From positions 24,700 through 88,699 of the IMG/VR virus record IMGVR_UViG_3300045988_176129: a stretch of 64,000 nt of DNA; one strand, 5' to 3'. How positions within the stretch are numbered: the stretch's first letter is position 1; each line of letters opens with the position of its first letter. The position numbers and the translations under genes were made by a program. Positions 27,259-37,714 of this stretch are shown here, piece by piece. The notes under the pieces are model-generated. The model made no database searches. It saw nothing but the letters and a program-made list of their open reading frames with translations, and had not been told where the DNA came from. The DNA is from a virus.

Positions 27259-28518
27259 ATGGTGGATGAAGAAAAGAAGATTCCTGACCCAATAGATATT
27301 GATGGAATCCAAATTGGAGAAGATAGATTTAGAATTAAATCTAATTTAGACTTAAATAGAAGAGAAAATAGTATAATAGGATTAAATAGTGTAGCAAGAT
27401 CACCAGAAAAGGAAGTTATTGCTGCTGATGGACAAGATCCCCAAGATGCAACTGCAATAGCTTCCGGAATTGGCTCTTATGCATTAGGGCCTGGCGCAAT
27501 CGCCCAAGGACATTATTCATTCGCAATTGGGTCTGGCGCTAATGCAGTTGGGAATGATAGCTTTTGTCATGCTGCTTTTGGGGTATATGGAAATAACCCA
27601 ACGGCTAGTTTAATAAATCATTATCCATATGGAAGGGCTCTTGGAGAAGGATCTGTTTCTTTTAATAGAGGCGGGGCACTCGCAGATTATTCATTTGCGG
27701 AGGGTGTTGCTCGAGCTGGGACTGCTGGTTCAGCAACAACTGATGGTGGCCTGTATTCTCATGCAGAGGGCGCTTCTCAAACTAGAGGAGACTATTCTCA
27801 TGCAGAAGGATCAGGAATTGCAGAAGGAATGTATTCTCATGCAGAAGGTGCTGGCAGAGCTGGGGGAGATTATTCTCATGCAGAAGGATCGGGAGTAGGA
27901 GTTCTTATAGATGCCCCATATGCAAAAGGAAATTCTTGTCATGCTGAAGGAATAGGAACTTTTGCTAATGGATATGCCTCTCATGCAGAAGGATATGGCT
28001 CAATAGCAAACGGATATTATTGTCATGCGCAAGGACAGTTTTCTCAAGCAGGGGGAGAAAAAGAAGATACTAATTTTTTAAAAAATGTTAACTGTACTGC
28101 TATCGGACAACAAGTTATAGCAAAAGGTAAAAATACTACTGTATTTGGAGATCACACGGCTGCAGTAGAAGATAATCAATTTGTAATAGGTAAATGGAAT
28201 ATTCCTAAAACGAATACAGCTTTTATTGTCGGTGGAGGAACCAGCGAAACTGACGAGAAAAAAAATATTTTAGAATTTGATTGGAATGGAAATTTATGGA
28301 TTAATGGTAGTTTTAGCTATGGGGAGGATAATAAACCTATAGATTTTAATAATTATTATACAAAAACAGAAAGCGATGAAAAATTTTCAACAAAAGAAGA
28401 AGTTAAAAACAAATTATTGCCTTCTGTATCTACTTCAGATAACGGAAAGATTCTTATGGTTGAAAATGGAGCCTGGACAGCGACTGTTATCGTTAATTCA
28501 GAGGAGGTAGCTTATTAA
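27259..28518 (+). CDS. tail fibre protein with tandem G-x-YSHAEG repeats
   Basis: At least six YSHAEG/CHAEG/SHAEG repeats spaced about 10-20 aa apart; Gly-rich. Confidence 0.6.
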   Translation: MVDEEKKIPDPIDIDGIQIGEDRFRIKSNLDLNRRENSIIGLNSVARSPEKEVIAADGQDPQDATAIASGIGSYALGPGAIAQGHYSFAIGSGANAVGNDSFCHAAFGVYGNNPTASLINHYPYGRALGEGSVSFNRGGALADYSFAEGVARAGTAGSATTDGGLYSHAEGASQTRGDYSHAEGSGIAEGMYSHAEGAGRAGGDYSHAEGSGVGVLIDAPYAKGNSCHAEGIGTFANGYASHAEGYGSIANGYYCHAQGQFSQAGGEKEDTNFLKNVNCTAIGQQVIAKGKNTTVFGDHTAAVEDNQFVIGKWNIPKTNTAFIVGGGTSETDEKKNILEFDWNGNLWINGSFSYGEDNKPIDFNNYYTKTESDEKFSTKEEVKNKLLPSVSTSDNGKILMVENGAWTATVIVNSEEVAY

Positions 28519-28979
28519 TGGGAAAGGCTTTTATACAAGAAGAAACTTTAACCAATATAGCAAATGCCATAAGACAAAAAAATTTAAGTGATATTAAATA
28601 TAAGCCTGTGGAAATGCCTGCTGCAATTCTTGCATTAACTAGCTTTTCAGATGAACAAAAACAATCTATAATAGATGCTCTTGCTGTCAAGGGAGTTAAT
28701 GTTTTAATAAATGAATTAACATTAGATAACATTGCAACCTATATTTTACAAATAAAGATAGACTCTAATAGAGAGCAATTTTTTGCTCTTAGAAAAGATT
28801 ATAATGAATTAATAGAATACGCTCAAAATCAATTAAATATTTTTAATAACACTCAATTATTAGCTAATTTTTATCCAGATTTAGATGATTCTAAAGATGT
28901 AAATACACAGTTAACTGAATTAACTGAAAAATTAAATGAATTAAAAACATATTTAATTGATGAATTAGGAGGAATTTAA
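28518..28979 (+). CDS. hypothetical tail assembly/chaperone-like protein
   Basis: ATG overlaps the upstream stop. Confidence 0.5.
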   Translation: MGKAFIQEETLTNIANAIRQKNLSDIKYKPVEMPAAILALTSFSDEQKQSIIDALAVKGVNVLINELTLDNIATYILQIKIDSNREQFFALRKDYNELIEYAQNQLNIFNNTQLLANFYPDLDDSKDVNTQLTELTEKLNELKTYLIDELGGI

Positions 28980-30310
28980 TGATAGATCAAAATATTCAAG
29001 ACGGTTTCACAAAAATTCATAATGATAAAGAGAAAATTGCTATCGCAATTACTAATAAAGGAATAAAAACAAATGCGTCAGATACACTGGAAACAATGGC
29101 AACAAATATAAATAAAATAGAACAAACTGGAAGTATAGACGCATCTTCTCAAGAAATATTAGAAGGCACTAGTGAAATATTAGAAAATAACAAAGCGATA
29201 AAAATTCAAAAATATTTATTTTATCAAAATTTAAACTTAAGAGAATTAAATCTTTCTAATGTAACAGAAATTGAGTTAAGAGGATTTTATGGATGTGCTA
29301 ATTTAAAAAAGATTAACTTGCCAAAATTAGTTACTTTAGGAAGCTATGCTATAAATGCTTTTTCTGGAGAAAATATTGTTTTAGAAAATTTAGTAACTGC
29401 TAACGGAAATAATTTTTCTACTAAAAATATAAATTTAGTATCTTTTAATTTTCCAAAGTTAAGTAAAATTACAGGAAATAACTTTATGGCTTTACAAGAT
29501 GGATATTCAATACCAGAAACAATTGATTTTTTACCAGAATTGATTTCAACAAGCACTAATGCTTTTTATGGAACGGCAAGTACATTTAAGAATAATTGTA
29601 AAAACATTATTTTTCCAAAATTACAGTATGCTTACAATACTTTTTTTGGAGGTACTTCTACTAAATGGGACTTATTAGAAACTGTAAATTGTCCAAAATT
29701 ACAATGGTGGGCGCCAATAGTTCCCGCTTGGATTTCTTCGTCTTCTATAAAAACATTAATTTTTTCAGCTTGGTATGCATGCACACCTACCAATTGGTCA
29801 AATATTATAAAACTAACAAATTTAACTACTCTAAACTTAAAAAATTTGACCACTTTTGCAACTGGAACAGGAAGTAATATGACAACAGGATATGAACTAA
29901 CTGCAGAGCAAGCCTCACTTAAAAATACAAAAATAGAAACTCTATATTTAGGAACAACAAGCCCTGATACAAATAATAAAGATGATAGTAACATATATAA
30001 AGATTGTAATACATTAAAATATTTAATTTTTCAAAATTCTCAGAATCCATGCGAAATTCCTAATATCCCTCAATCTGATGTGCTAGTTGCAATTATATAT
30101 TTATCAGATTATACTTCTGCTGTTTCATTATTACATGAAAATAGATTGACAGAAAATGTTTATATTTATGTTACAGATAACACTTATAATACAATACAAA
30201 AAACGAATATTTCTATTTTAAATAAATTCAGAAAAATTAATGAATATAAAGACCTTTTAGAAAATAGTTATGGAATAGATTTATCTTTGGCGGAAAGCGA
30301 CAATAGTTGA
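28979..30310 (+). CDS. receptor-binding protein candidate: conserved N-terminal module (paralog 3) + BspA-type leucine-rich repeats
   Basis: N-terminus KEKIAIAITNKGIKTNASDTLETMATNINKIEQTG; repeats NLxxLxLPKLxxIxxxAF. Confidence 0.55.
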   Translation: MIDQNIQDGFTKIHNDKEKIAIAITNKGIKTNASDTLETMATNINKIEQTGSIDASSQEILEGTSEILENNKAIKIQKYLFYQNLNLRELNLSNVTEIELRGFYGCANLKKINLPKLVTLGSYAINAFSGENIVLENLVTANGNNFSTKNINLVSFNFPKLSKITGNNFMALQDGYSIPETIDFLPELISTSTNAFYGTASTFKNNCKNIIFPKLQYAYNTFFGGTSTKWDLLETVNCPKLQWWAPIVPAWISSSSIKTLIFSAWYACTPTNWSNIIKLTNLTTLNLKNLTTFATGTGSNMTTGYELTAEQASLKNTKIETLYLGTTSPDTNNKDDSNIYKDCNTLKYLIFQNSQNPCEIPNIPQSDVLVAIIYLSDYTSAVSLLHENRLTENVYIYVTDNTYNTIQKTNISILNKFRKINEYKDLLENSYGIDLSLAESDNS

Positions 30311-30383
30311 TTTTTTAAAAATTTTTATTATAATATATATAGAAAAAGAAAAGAAATAATAATTTTTAAAGGAGATAATAAGT

Positions 30384-30608
30384 ATGAATAAGTGGAAGAG
30401 TGTTTTTAATAATTCAATAGGAACCCCAAAGGATATGTCAATAGAAGCAAAGAGAATCGCTAAGAATGTGAGAATATTATCTCTACATGAGCTTAAAGAG
30501 CAGAATGAAAAGGCGTATGCGGAAAAGCTTGCTCGAAAGGAGTATTTAGATAGTTTAAAGACTCCTAAGAAAAGCGGCTGCCGCACAGTAAAAAGGAGTA
30601 ATAATTAA
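30384..30608 (+). CDS. hypothetical protein
   Basis: Promoter and RBS aaaggagat. Confidence 0.45.
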   Translation: MNKWKSVFNNSIGTPKDMSIEAKRIAKNVRILSLHELKEQNEKAYAEKLARKEYLDSLKTPKKSGCRTVKRSNN

Positions 30609-30851
30609 ATGAATGATGATTATATAATTGAACAAACAAAGAGTATTTTAATAGATAGCTTGAATAAAAGCAGACTCCCATCAGGAGTGCTAATCTATAT
30701 TTTAAGAGATATTTTAAAACAGCTTGAAGGGCTTTACGACTATAATGTAAAGCGAGGGGTTGAAGAGGGAAAAACCTCAGATAATGAAGCCTTCCTTTCA
30801 GAATCTTCAAATGAGGATTCTAATAATATAAATGAAAACGGTGAAGAATAA
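30609..30851 (+). CDS. acidic hypothetical protein
   Basis: Intact ORF. Confidence 0.45.
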   Translation: MNDDYIIEQTKSILIDSLNKSRLPSGVLIYILRDILKQLEGLYDYNVKRGVEEGKTSDNEAFLSESSNEDSNNINENGEE

Positions 30852-30872
30852 AATCTTCACCGTTTTTTTATT
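30838..30872. terminator. bidirectional Rho-independent terminator between convergent genes
   Basis: ggtgaagat-loop-atcttcacc flanked by T-runs on both strands. Confidence 0.65.
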
Positions 30873-32340
30873 GTGTCCAAATAGAATTTTGCTTGATATA
30901 AGGTCTACCTTTTTGCCAAGCCCCATCAATTTTTACATATAATTCTCCGACTTTCCACCCTCCGCCATCTTTTATATAAACAAAATCTGGTTTCCAGACT
31001 GCATATAACGTAACAGTTGGCCATAATTCTTCAAAAATGCTATCAGTGACAGTCTGTTTAACTTCATATTGTGCTGTTGTAGCATCTCTACTTTTATTCC
31101 ATCCTAATAATTTATATCCTAAATTATCCCAAGCACCAAATTGACCGCCAGTAAAAGATGTATTTCCAAAAAAATCTTCTTTTCCTTTTATAAAAGTCTC
31201 AATGTATGTCTCTGTATCGTTTAAATTTTGATTTCTATAAAAAGTCACTGTTAATTTTTTTACCCAAACTGCATAAAGAGTTAAATTAGCAGTAATTTCT
31301 TCTGAAAAACTTTGCCCCGGTTGATATTGAGCAGATGTAGCGGTATTTGATTTAGCCCAACCTAAGAAATTATAATTATCTCTTGTTGGTTTCGTAGAAG
31401 ATAATGTAACAGAAGAACCATAAGTTTTTGTAGTCGCGGGAGGAGCTCCGCTTCCTCCATTGGCATTATAAGATATTGTAAATGTTTTTTTCTGCCAAAC
31501 CGCGTATAAATTTAACCCTCCGCTATATCCTGTAATAAAGCTATTGCTGACTGACGCAAAAGTATCCCAATATTTAGTAGTAGCATTAGCCTCTTTTGCC
31601 CATCCTAAAAGGTTATATCCAGTTCTTGACCAAGTGCCGAAATCTCCTGTATTTGAGGTTAAATTCATACCAAATCTTTGATTGCTAACATCATAAGTAT
31701 ATGTCTCTGAATAAGTATTAGAAGTAGTAGAGCCATCGTTTTTATGAAAAGTTACTTTTGCGGTTAGTGGATGAGCATATGCTCCAAAAGAGGTATCTCC
31801 AACTATATTTGTAAAAGTATATGTATGACTACTTTTTCCTTTACACTCTGTTACAGTGGTTGTAGTAGATCCTCTCGATCTAACATAATGGTCAAGTCTA
31901 TATCCAGTTTTTGCAGTTGCAGTAACTTTCGCGTTAGCATGTAAATTTACAGTTGTAGGGCCAGTAAAGGAGTCTACTCCTGTATGGACGTTATATTTTA
32001 ACGTACATTTTGTAGCGGTTACCTTTAATATGAATTTTGAATTCTTAATAGATGCAGTACTAGAATTAAAAGTAAAGGTTGCAGTATATGTTGATAATAC
32101 TTTTGATCCAGTCCACCATGATTTCCAAGCACTATGTGCAGGAAAATCTGCTCCTTTAGTAAGAGAAGAGCCATTCAAAAGTACAGTACAGTCATTATCA
32201 TAAGTTCTAGTTGAATCGGTTCTACAACCTTCCACTTTTGTAATTGTAATTCCCGAACCATTTTCAGTATAAGTAATTCTCATTTTCATAGGATAAGTAG
32301 TTGTACCAGAATTACTTACTATAGTCGTTGCCATATTCAA
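30868..32340 (-). CDS. tail/host-adhesion protein with Listeria-Bacteroides (Flg_new) repeats
   Basis: Three repeats YN(L/F)LGWAK...T..YQ/YW with T/S-rich beta segments. Confidence 0.65.
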   Translation of the reverse strand: MNMATTIVSNSGTTTYPMKMRITYTENGSGITITKVEGCRTDSTRTYDNDCTVLLNGSSLTKGADFPAHSAWKSWWTGSKVLSTYTATFTFNSSTASIKNSKFILKVTATKCTLKYNVHTGVDSFTGPTTVNLHANAKVTATAKTGYRLDHYVRSRGSTTTTVTECKGKSSHTYTFTNIVGDTSFGAYAHPLTAKVTFHKNDGSTTSNTYSETYTYDVSNQRFGMNLTSNTGDFGTWSRTGYNLLGWAKEANATTKYWDTFASVSNSFITGYSGGLNLYAVWQKKTFTISYNANGGSGAPPATTKTYGSSVTLSSTKPTRDNYNFLGWAKSNTATSAQYQPGQSFSEEITANLTLYAVWVKKLTVTFYRNQNLNDTETYIETFIKGKEDFFGNTSFTGGQFGAWDNLGYKLLGWNKSRDATTAQYEVKQTVTDSIFEELWPTVTLYAVWKPDFVYIKDGGGWKVGELYVKIDGAWQKGRPYIKQNSIWTQ

Positions 32341-32344
32341 CCTC

Positions 32345-32644
32345 CTATATTAATTTAATATATATGTCTCCATCTTTACCCAAGGTTGAGCTTGGAGTAT
32401 CACTTCCACTATAAACCATAGGAGTTGTTAAGCTAATTGTTGTATCTGAGGTTTGATTTAAAGTAAAAGAGCCAAGTGAAGCTCCGTTTTGATTTATTGT
32501 AACCTTTCCATTTCCAACAGTTTGCGTATTTGCTTGAACAGATATATTTTTATCTACGTATTTTTTAGCAGTATTGAACGTAGCGGTTTCTCCTGGATTT
32601 ATATTAACAACCCAAGCTCCATTTTTTACTGTCGTTGTTGCCAT
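32345..32644 (-). CDS. small fibre-associated protein (MATTTV N-terminus)
   Basis: Start trimmed to the Met with RBS aaaaggaggaat; shares the MATT.V / KYVD.NI motif with adjacent fibre genes. Confidence 0.5.
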   Translation of the reverse strand: MATTTVKNGAWVVNINPGETATFNTAKKYVDKNISVQANTQTVGNGKVTINQNGASLGSFTLNQTSDTTISLTTPMVYSGSDTPSSTLGKDGDIYIKLI

Positions 32645-32723
32645 TTTTATTCCTCCTTTTTCAATAAAAAAATGGTAGAATACCCTTAATGATATTCTAC
32701 CATAATTTTTATTATTTGTCAAT

Positions 32724-34559
32724 TTAACCAAGAGTATAGGTTCCTGTATAAACTTCAAGATATTTAGTTGCGGCATGTGCTGTACCATTATAAACATTTC
32801 CAGCTGTCATGCTACCATTACCGTTTAAAGTCACATATGCAGAAAGTCCTGTTGTGGCAGTCGCAAGGGTTGGAGCCGTATAGCCATCAGTAATAGAACC
32901 AATAGTAAGGCTACCTGTAATTGCTTGTTTTGTAAGAGAGCTCGCACTATCCGCAGCGGTATAGTATTTATCTGTTGGATAATAACCAGCTCCTATTTTT
33001 ACTTGCCTGCCTGCAGGAATTGTACCACTTGAGGTTCCTCCAGATGTATTGTTAGTAACAACACCATCTTTAATATATATAGCAGAGCTTGCATTTTTTG
33101 AAGCCCCATTTACGGTAGCTTTGACAGAAGTTGCATTTGTATAACCAGCTGTCAAACTTTTTGTAGCTGATATATTTTCAACAGATGAACTTGCAGATGC
33201 ATTTACTTTATATGTATACCCTTCTGTTTCAGTGGTTTTATACATTGAACTATCAATAGTAGTTGTGACTGAAGCGCTAGCATTTGCTGTAGCAGTTGCA
33301 TCTGAGCCTGAAACAGTTGATGCTGTTACTGGATAATACTTTGTTGCTGTATGTGAAGTTGTAGAGCTGGCTGTAATGTAACCCGTACCCGTTGAAACAG
33401 TACCATTGCCAGTAGTTGTAATAAAGAATCCTGATGTTGGTTCTGTTGTTGTTGCCGTGCCGAGAGCAACATTATCACTTGTAGCATTTACATTTCCAGC
33501 ACCCGCAGTTCTTGAGGTATTTGGCATCGTACCGGTTAATTTTTTACCATCAACATCATAAGCTATCTTGCCACTTCTAATATCAGGTGCAGAAGTACCG
33601 GCTGTATCAGCCTTACCATCAAGCATTTGGTCAAGAGTAATCTTAATAGCAGGAGTATATCCTTCTTCAATATATAATGCGCCTTCTGAAGGAATTATAA
33701 CGCTCGTATTCTCAGAATAAGTAATTCCCTCTTTTGCACTGTTACCAAGAGTAGAAGATGTAATAGGAATATAATATTGACTTCCTGCTCCACCAGCTAC
33801 AGAACCACTTGTTGATATTTCTGCGACATCACCTAAATAACCCTTTGTGGTTAATTTCTTTGTCTGTGTAATTGCTGTACTTGCGGCAGTTGATGGCGTT
33901 GCAGATATATAATAGCCTGATTCCGGTTCAGTTGTCGTAGCAGCAGATGCAATCTTTGCAGTTCCATTTGCCGCAGATAATGCATTTGGTTTTACTGTTG
34001 CTGATCCTGCTACCGAAGCGGCAGCTGCACTTAAAGATCCACTTAAATGAGCTGTACCAGAAATAGATCCACTAGCCTTAGTAACTCCTCTAGCTGCCCA
34101 TCCGCTTGTAGTTGTAGAAGCATTAGCTGTACCTGAAATGCTTGCACTTCCTGTTAAAGGATATTTGCCACTAACTTTTGCACCAACTGCTATTGTTCCT
34201 ACTGTGGCACTTGCGCCAGATGCGGTTACAGTTAATCCTGCTTCGTCAACTGTAGAGCTTACTGTTGCTGTACCTGATATATTACTACTAGCACCTGGAG
34301 CAATCCATCCCGCAGTACCTGAAGTAGAAGCCTTACCAGAAATAGTTCCAGAACCTGACACTGGGAAGTTTCCATCACTATTTTTTGTATCAGAGACAGA
34401 AATAGTTCCTATAGTTGCTGATGCTCCTGTGGCACTTACATTTAAAGCGCCTTGCTTTACACTGACTTCAATATTTCTATCTACATATTTACCACCAGTA
34501 GTTAAAGTATGCTTTTTATTTTCAGAAATAACAATACTAAAATTTGTTGTTTCAGCCAT
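32724..34559 (-). CDS. tail fibre protein, Ser/Thr/Gly/Ala-rich
   Basis: 611 aa of low-complexity beta-rich repeats (TGTMP, SGSISGTA). Confidence 0.65.
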   Translation of the reverse strand: MAETTNFSIVISENKKHTLTTGGKYVDRNIEVSVKQGALNVSATGASATIGTISVSDTKNSDGNFPVSGSGTISGKASTSGTAGWIAPGASSNISGTATVSSTVDEAGLTVTASGASATVGTIAVGAKVSGKYPLTGSASISGTANASTTTSGWAARGVTKASGSISGTAHLSGSLSAAAASVAGSATVKPNALSAANGTAKIASAATTTEPESGYYISATPSTAASTAITQTKKLTTKGYLGDVAEISTSGSVAGGAGSQYYIPITSSTLGNSAKEGITYSENTSVIIPSEGALYIEEGYTPAIKITLDQMLDGKADTAGTSAPDIRSGKIAYDVDGKKLTGTMPNTSRTAGAGNVNATSDNVALGTATTTEPTSGFFITTTGNGTVSTGTGYITASSTTSHTATKYYPVTASTVSGSDATATANASASVTTTIDSSMYKTTETEGYTYKVNASASSSVENISATKSLTAGYTNATSVKATVNGASKNASSAIYIKDGVVTNNTSGGTSSGTIPAGRQVKIGAGYYPTDKYYTAADSASSLTKQAITGSLTIGSITDGYTAPTLATATTGLSAYVTLNGNGSMTAGNVYNGTAHAATKYLEVYTGTYTLG

Positions 34560-34577
34560 TTAATATTTCACCTCTCC

Positions 34578-35138
34578 TTAATTCATTTTTAAATTACAGT
34601 AAGATATTTCTTTTTCTTTATGCGTAGAAGGAATTAATACACTATCATTAGTAGTATTTCCTTTTATTTGCATTGTATATTCTTTATTTTTACTTTTTAA
34701 TTTGTTGCCTTGATTTTCCATTTGATATACTGGCGGCTCTGCTATAGCCTGTCTATCTAATTGTAATTCTGATACCAATTCAATAATTTCTTGATCTGAA
34801 ATAACTTCTCCATTATATGTTTCAATAGTAACATCCGCAGAACCATCATAAACTTTATCACCTATTGTCAATTTACCTTTTAACTTTTCAGCTGATAAAG
34901 CAATAGAAATAAGATTCTTCCCATCATATATTTTTAAAGTATTCTCTTTTAAATTAATATATAAAGTATTTAGCTCTGGAGAATCAGGATCTTCAGAAAT
35001 TATAGCAAATTTACCACCATATAAATGATTTCCAATATATATACTTCCATCATCTAACCAATATATTGCAGTTTTATTTTTTTCTTGAAGATTTTGATAC
35101 TCAGATGGGCTAATTTTTATTAAACTTAATTTGCTCAT
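34578..35138 (-). CDS. hypothetical structural protein
   Basis: Co-directional with fibre genes. Confidence 0.5.
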   Translation of the reverse strand: MSKLSLIKISPSEYQNLQEKNKTAIYWLDDGSIYIGNHLYGGKFAIISEDPDSPELNTLYINLKENTLKIYDGKNLISIALSAEKLKGKLTIGDKVYDGSADVTIETYNGEVISDQEIIELVSELQLDRQAIAEPPVYQMENQGNKLKSKNKEYTMQIKGNTTNDSVLIPSTHKEKEISYCNLKMN

Positions 35139-35147
35139 ATTAGCCCC

Positions 35148-35756
35148 CTATTCCCAATTAGACCATGTAATTTCATCATCTAATTTAATAGGATTCCCTA
35201 TTGGCTCTCCATTACTATAAAATAAAATAGTATTATTCTCTTCATTGTAATCAAATTTTTTATCTATTTTATTTTTCTTTATATCTTCAACTTCATTTTG
35301 CAAATTAGTAAGAATATTATCAAAATCATTATCTTCTAATTCACTAGAACCAGTAGAGCTAGATGGTTTTATATTAATAGTAACAGGACTAGTTTTTAAT
35401 AATTTTATTTTTTCTGTATTTGTCATATCAAATATTAATAACCAAAGAGCTACATCTCCAGCTGCTTCTGTCAGTGTAGTGGTTATAGGAAGTAAAGTTC
35501 TATATCTATTTTTATATAAGTCTTCTTCTAAATCCATATATCTCATCTTGTTGGTTGTGGGAGAATTATGTTCTTTATCTTCAATTGGAAGAATAGCTTG
35601 CAGTATTATTTTGTAATTTTTTTGAATGTCTTCTCCTAATAATTTAGAATCAATTAAAAACTGAATTTCATCAATTCTACTTTCTTTCTGATATATAGTT
35701 CTAAAAGAAGTTTTTTCTAATGTTTTATCTAAATTTACTAATATTGTATTTAGCAT
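35148..35756 (-). CDS. hypothetical protein
   Basis: First gene of the minus block. Confidence 0.5.
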   Translation of the reverse strand: MLNTILVNLDKTLEKTSFRTIYQKESRIDEIQFLIDSKLLGEDIQKNYKIILQAILPIEDKEHNSPTTNKMRYMDLEEDLYKNRYRTLLPITTTLTEAAGDVALWLLIFDMTNTEKIKLLKTSPVTINIKPSSSTGSSELEDNDFDNILTNLQNEVEDIKKNKIDKKFDYNEENNTILFYSNGEPIGNPIKLDDEITWSNWE

Positions 35757-35872
35757 AATATAAACCCTCCTTTTAGTATTATCAAAATAAAATTATTATA
35801 TTTAACTAAATTTGCCCATTGACAAAATATAGAAATTTTGATATAATTATATAGAAAGGAAGGGATAGAAAA

Positions 35873-36811
35873 TTGAATAAAATTACCGATGATAAAATTA
35901 ACTTTTTATTACAAAAGAAAAAGCAGTCTTTATTAAAATGTATAGATAAAGATGGATTGCTTGCTATTTTTGTTATAGGAAAAGCAAATTATGGCTTTGC
36001 AGAAAATGAAGATGATTTAAAGTATCTTGCATTTTATTTACCTACTTTTGAAGAATTATGTTGTGCACCTCCTTACTCAGAGCCAATAGATGGAGTTATT
36101 GTAAAAGATGTGCGAACGGTTTATCTGGCGGCAACCACTTCAAGGGAATATTTTTTAGAAGTTTTATTTACTCCATACTATTATATGAATCCAAAATATG
36201 TTCATATATTTAAAGAATATTTTTTAAATAATAGAGAAGAAATAGGCAGGTGTAATCCTAAAGCAAGAATAACTCAAGCAAAAGAAAGAGCGCAAGAATC
36301 TTTTAATAATAAAGATTATTTTGAAGTGGCACGGCTTTATACTGCCGCAAAATGTTATACAGCTGGCTATCCTATTGATTATTGTTTTCATATGACAGAG
36401 CAAAGGCATATTGATAAAATAGCTAATGCTAATAATTATATTAAAAGTTCTTCTTGGAATGATTATCTTAATGGAGATTTTAAAGATATGATTATTGCTA
36501 CAGAAAGAGAAGATATTGTAGATCCTACCTCTGTTAAGAAGGGAGTTATTGCATTTATGGGGGAAAGGCTTAGAGACCGAGTGTCTTATGATAATTTCTA
36601 TGAAACACTAACTGCCGCAGAAAAGAAGGCTTTGACTGAAATAAAGAATAAAACAGAGAATGGAATAGCTCAAATTTCAATTAGTAAAATAGTTGAAGAA
36701 ACAGGAATATCAAGACCTGTATATAAAAATTTACTTAATAAATTAGAAAAAAATAATATTGGTAAAATAACTTCACAAGGAGTCAAAGGTACTTTAATAG
36801 AATTTTTATAG
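35873..36811 (+). CDS. putative regulator: nucleotidyltransferase-like N-terminus + CodY-like winged-HTH C-terminus
   Basis: C-terminus ISKIVEETGISRPVYKNLLNKLEKNNIGKITSQGVKGTLIEFL resembles the CodY DNA-binding domain; N-terminus has GxxxxG...EDD. Confidence 0.5.
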   Translation: MNKITDDKINFLLQKKKQSLLKCIDKDGLLAIFVIGKANYGFAENEDDLKYLAFYLPTFEELCCAPPYSEPIDGVIVKDVRTVYLAATTSREYFLEVLFTPYYYMNPKYVHIFKEYFLNNREEIGRCNPKARITQAKERAQESFNNKDYFEVARLYTAAKCYTAGYPIDYCFHMTEQRHIDKIANANNYIKSSSWNDYLNGDFKDMIIATEREDIVDPTSVKKGVIAFMGERLRDRVSYDNFYETLTAAEKKALTEIKNKTENGIAQISISKIVEETGISRPVYKNLLNKLEKNNIGKITSQGVKGTLIEFL

Positions 36812-36820
36812 GAGAGAAAA

Positions 36821-37168
36821 ATGACAGAAAAACAAAAATATGATATTTCTAAATATATTAATTCGCAAAAGGGGCAAAAATATCCATGCGGCAATCAAGT
36901 TGTATGTTGTGGATATTTTTCTTCTGAAGAAAATTGGCAAAAATTTTGTGAGAAAAATAAAAATTTAATACTTTACAAAGCAAAAGACAGAATTAAATTA
37001 AAAAATGAAGAAATATGGAGATTCTTTAATTTTATTTCTTTTTCAGAGAGTCTAAGAGGATTTAGATTTTATAAGATAAAAGTAGATGAAAATATACCCT
37101 CTTTATTATTTTTTAAATATATCATGCCTTGTTGTTATCTTTACTGCAAAGAAATTGTATGGATATAG
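36821..37168 (+). CDS. hypothetical protein
   Basis: RBS ggagag. Confidence 0.45.
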   Translation: MTEKQKYDISKYINSQKGQKYPCGNQVVCCGYFSSEENWQKFCEKNKNLILYKAKDRIKLKNEEIWRFFNFISFSESLRGFRFYKIKVDENIPSLLFFKYIMPCCYLYCKEIVWI

Positions 37169-37396
37169 GAGAATAGCACTATGCAACAAATTTTTTTAAT
37201 TCCTATTGGAAAAGTAGATATTGATATGCTTGAACAAACAATACCTCCAATAAATAAGTTTTTAAGCGATAATGTAAATGCGCATATATCTAAAATACTT
37301 CCTTTTTCAGCAGATTTTAATATAGCAGTTATTGAATTTTAATAAAAATTTTGTTATAATATATTTATAAATAATAAAAGAAGAGAGAGGAGAAAT

Positions 37397-37714
37397 ATGA
37401 TATTAAATGCTAATAAAATTTATTTAAGAACTAAAGCAGTTGAAGAATATAAAAATAAAAAATTTCTAAAAGAAACAGAAAAAAATAGAAAAAAGAATAG
37501 AAAACATGTTTATCGTGATATTAATAATGAAATATTACATTCTTCCAAGATGGGCAAAACAAGTGCAAAAATACTACTTCAAAAAGAGGATTTTTCTTTA
37601 GTAGAAGTAAAAGAAATATTTAATAAATATATTCATAAAGGTTTTGTTTGTAATATAGAAGATAAATATTGTGGTATATATTATATACATATCAGTTGGG
37701 AGGAAGCAGAATGA
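37397..37714 (+). CDS. hypothetical protein
   Basis: Promoter and RBS gagaggag. Confidence 0.5.
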   Translation: MILNANKIYLRTKAVEEYKNKKFLKETEKNRKKNRKHVYRDINNEILHSSKMGKTSAKILLQKEDFSLVEVKEIFNKYIHKGFVCNIEDKYCGIYYIHISWEEAE

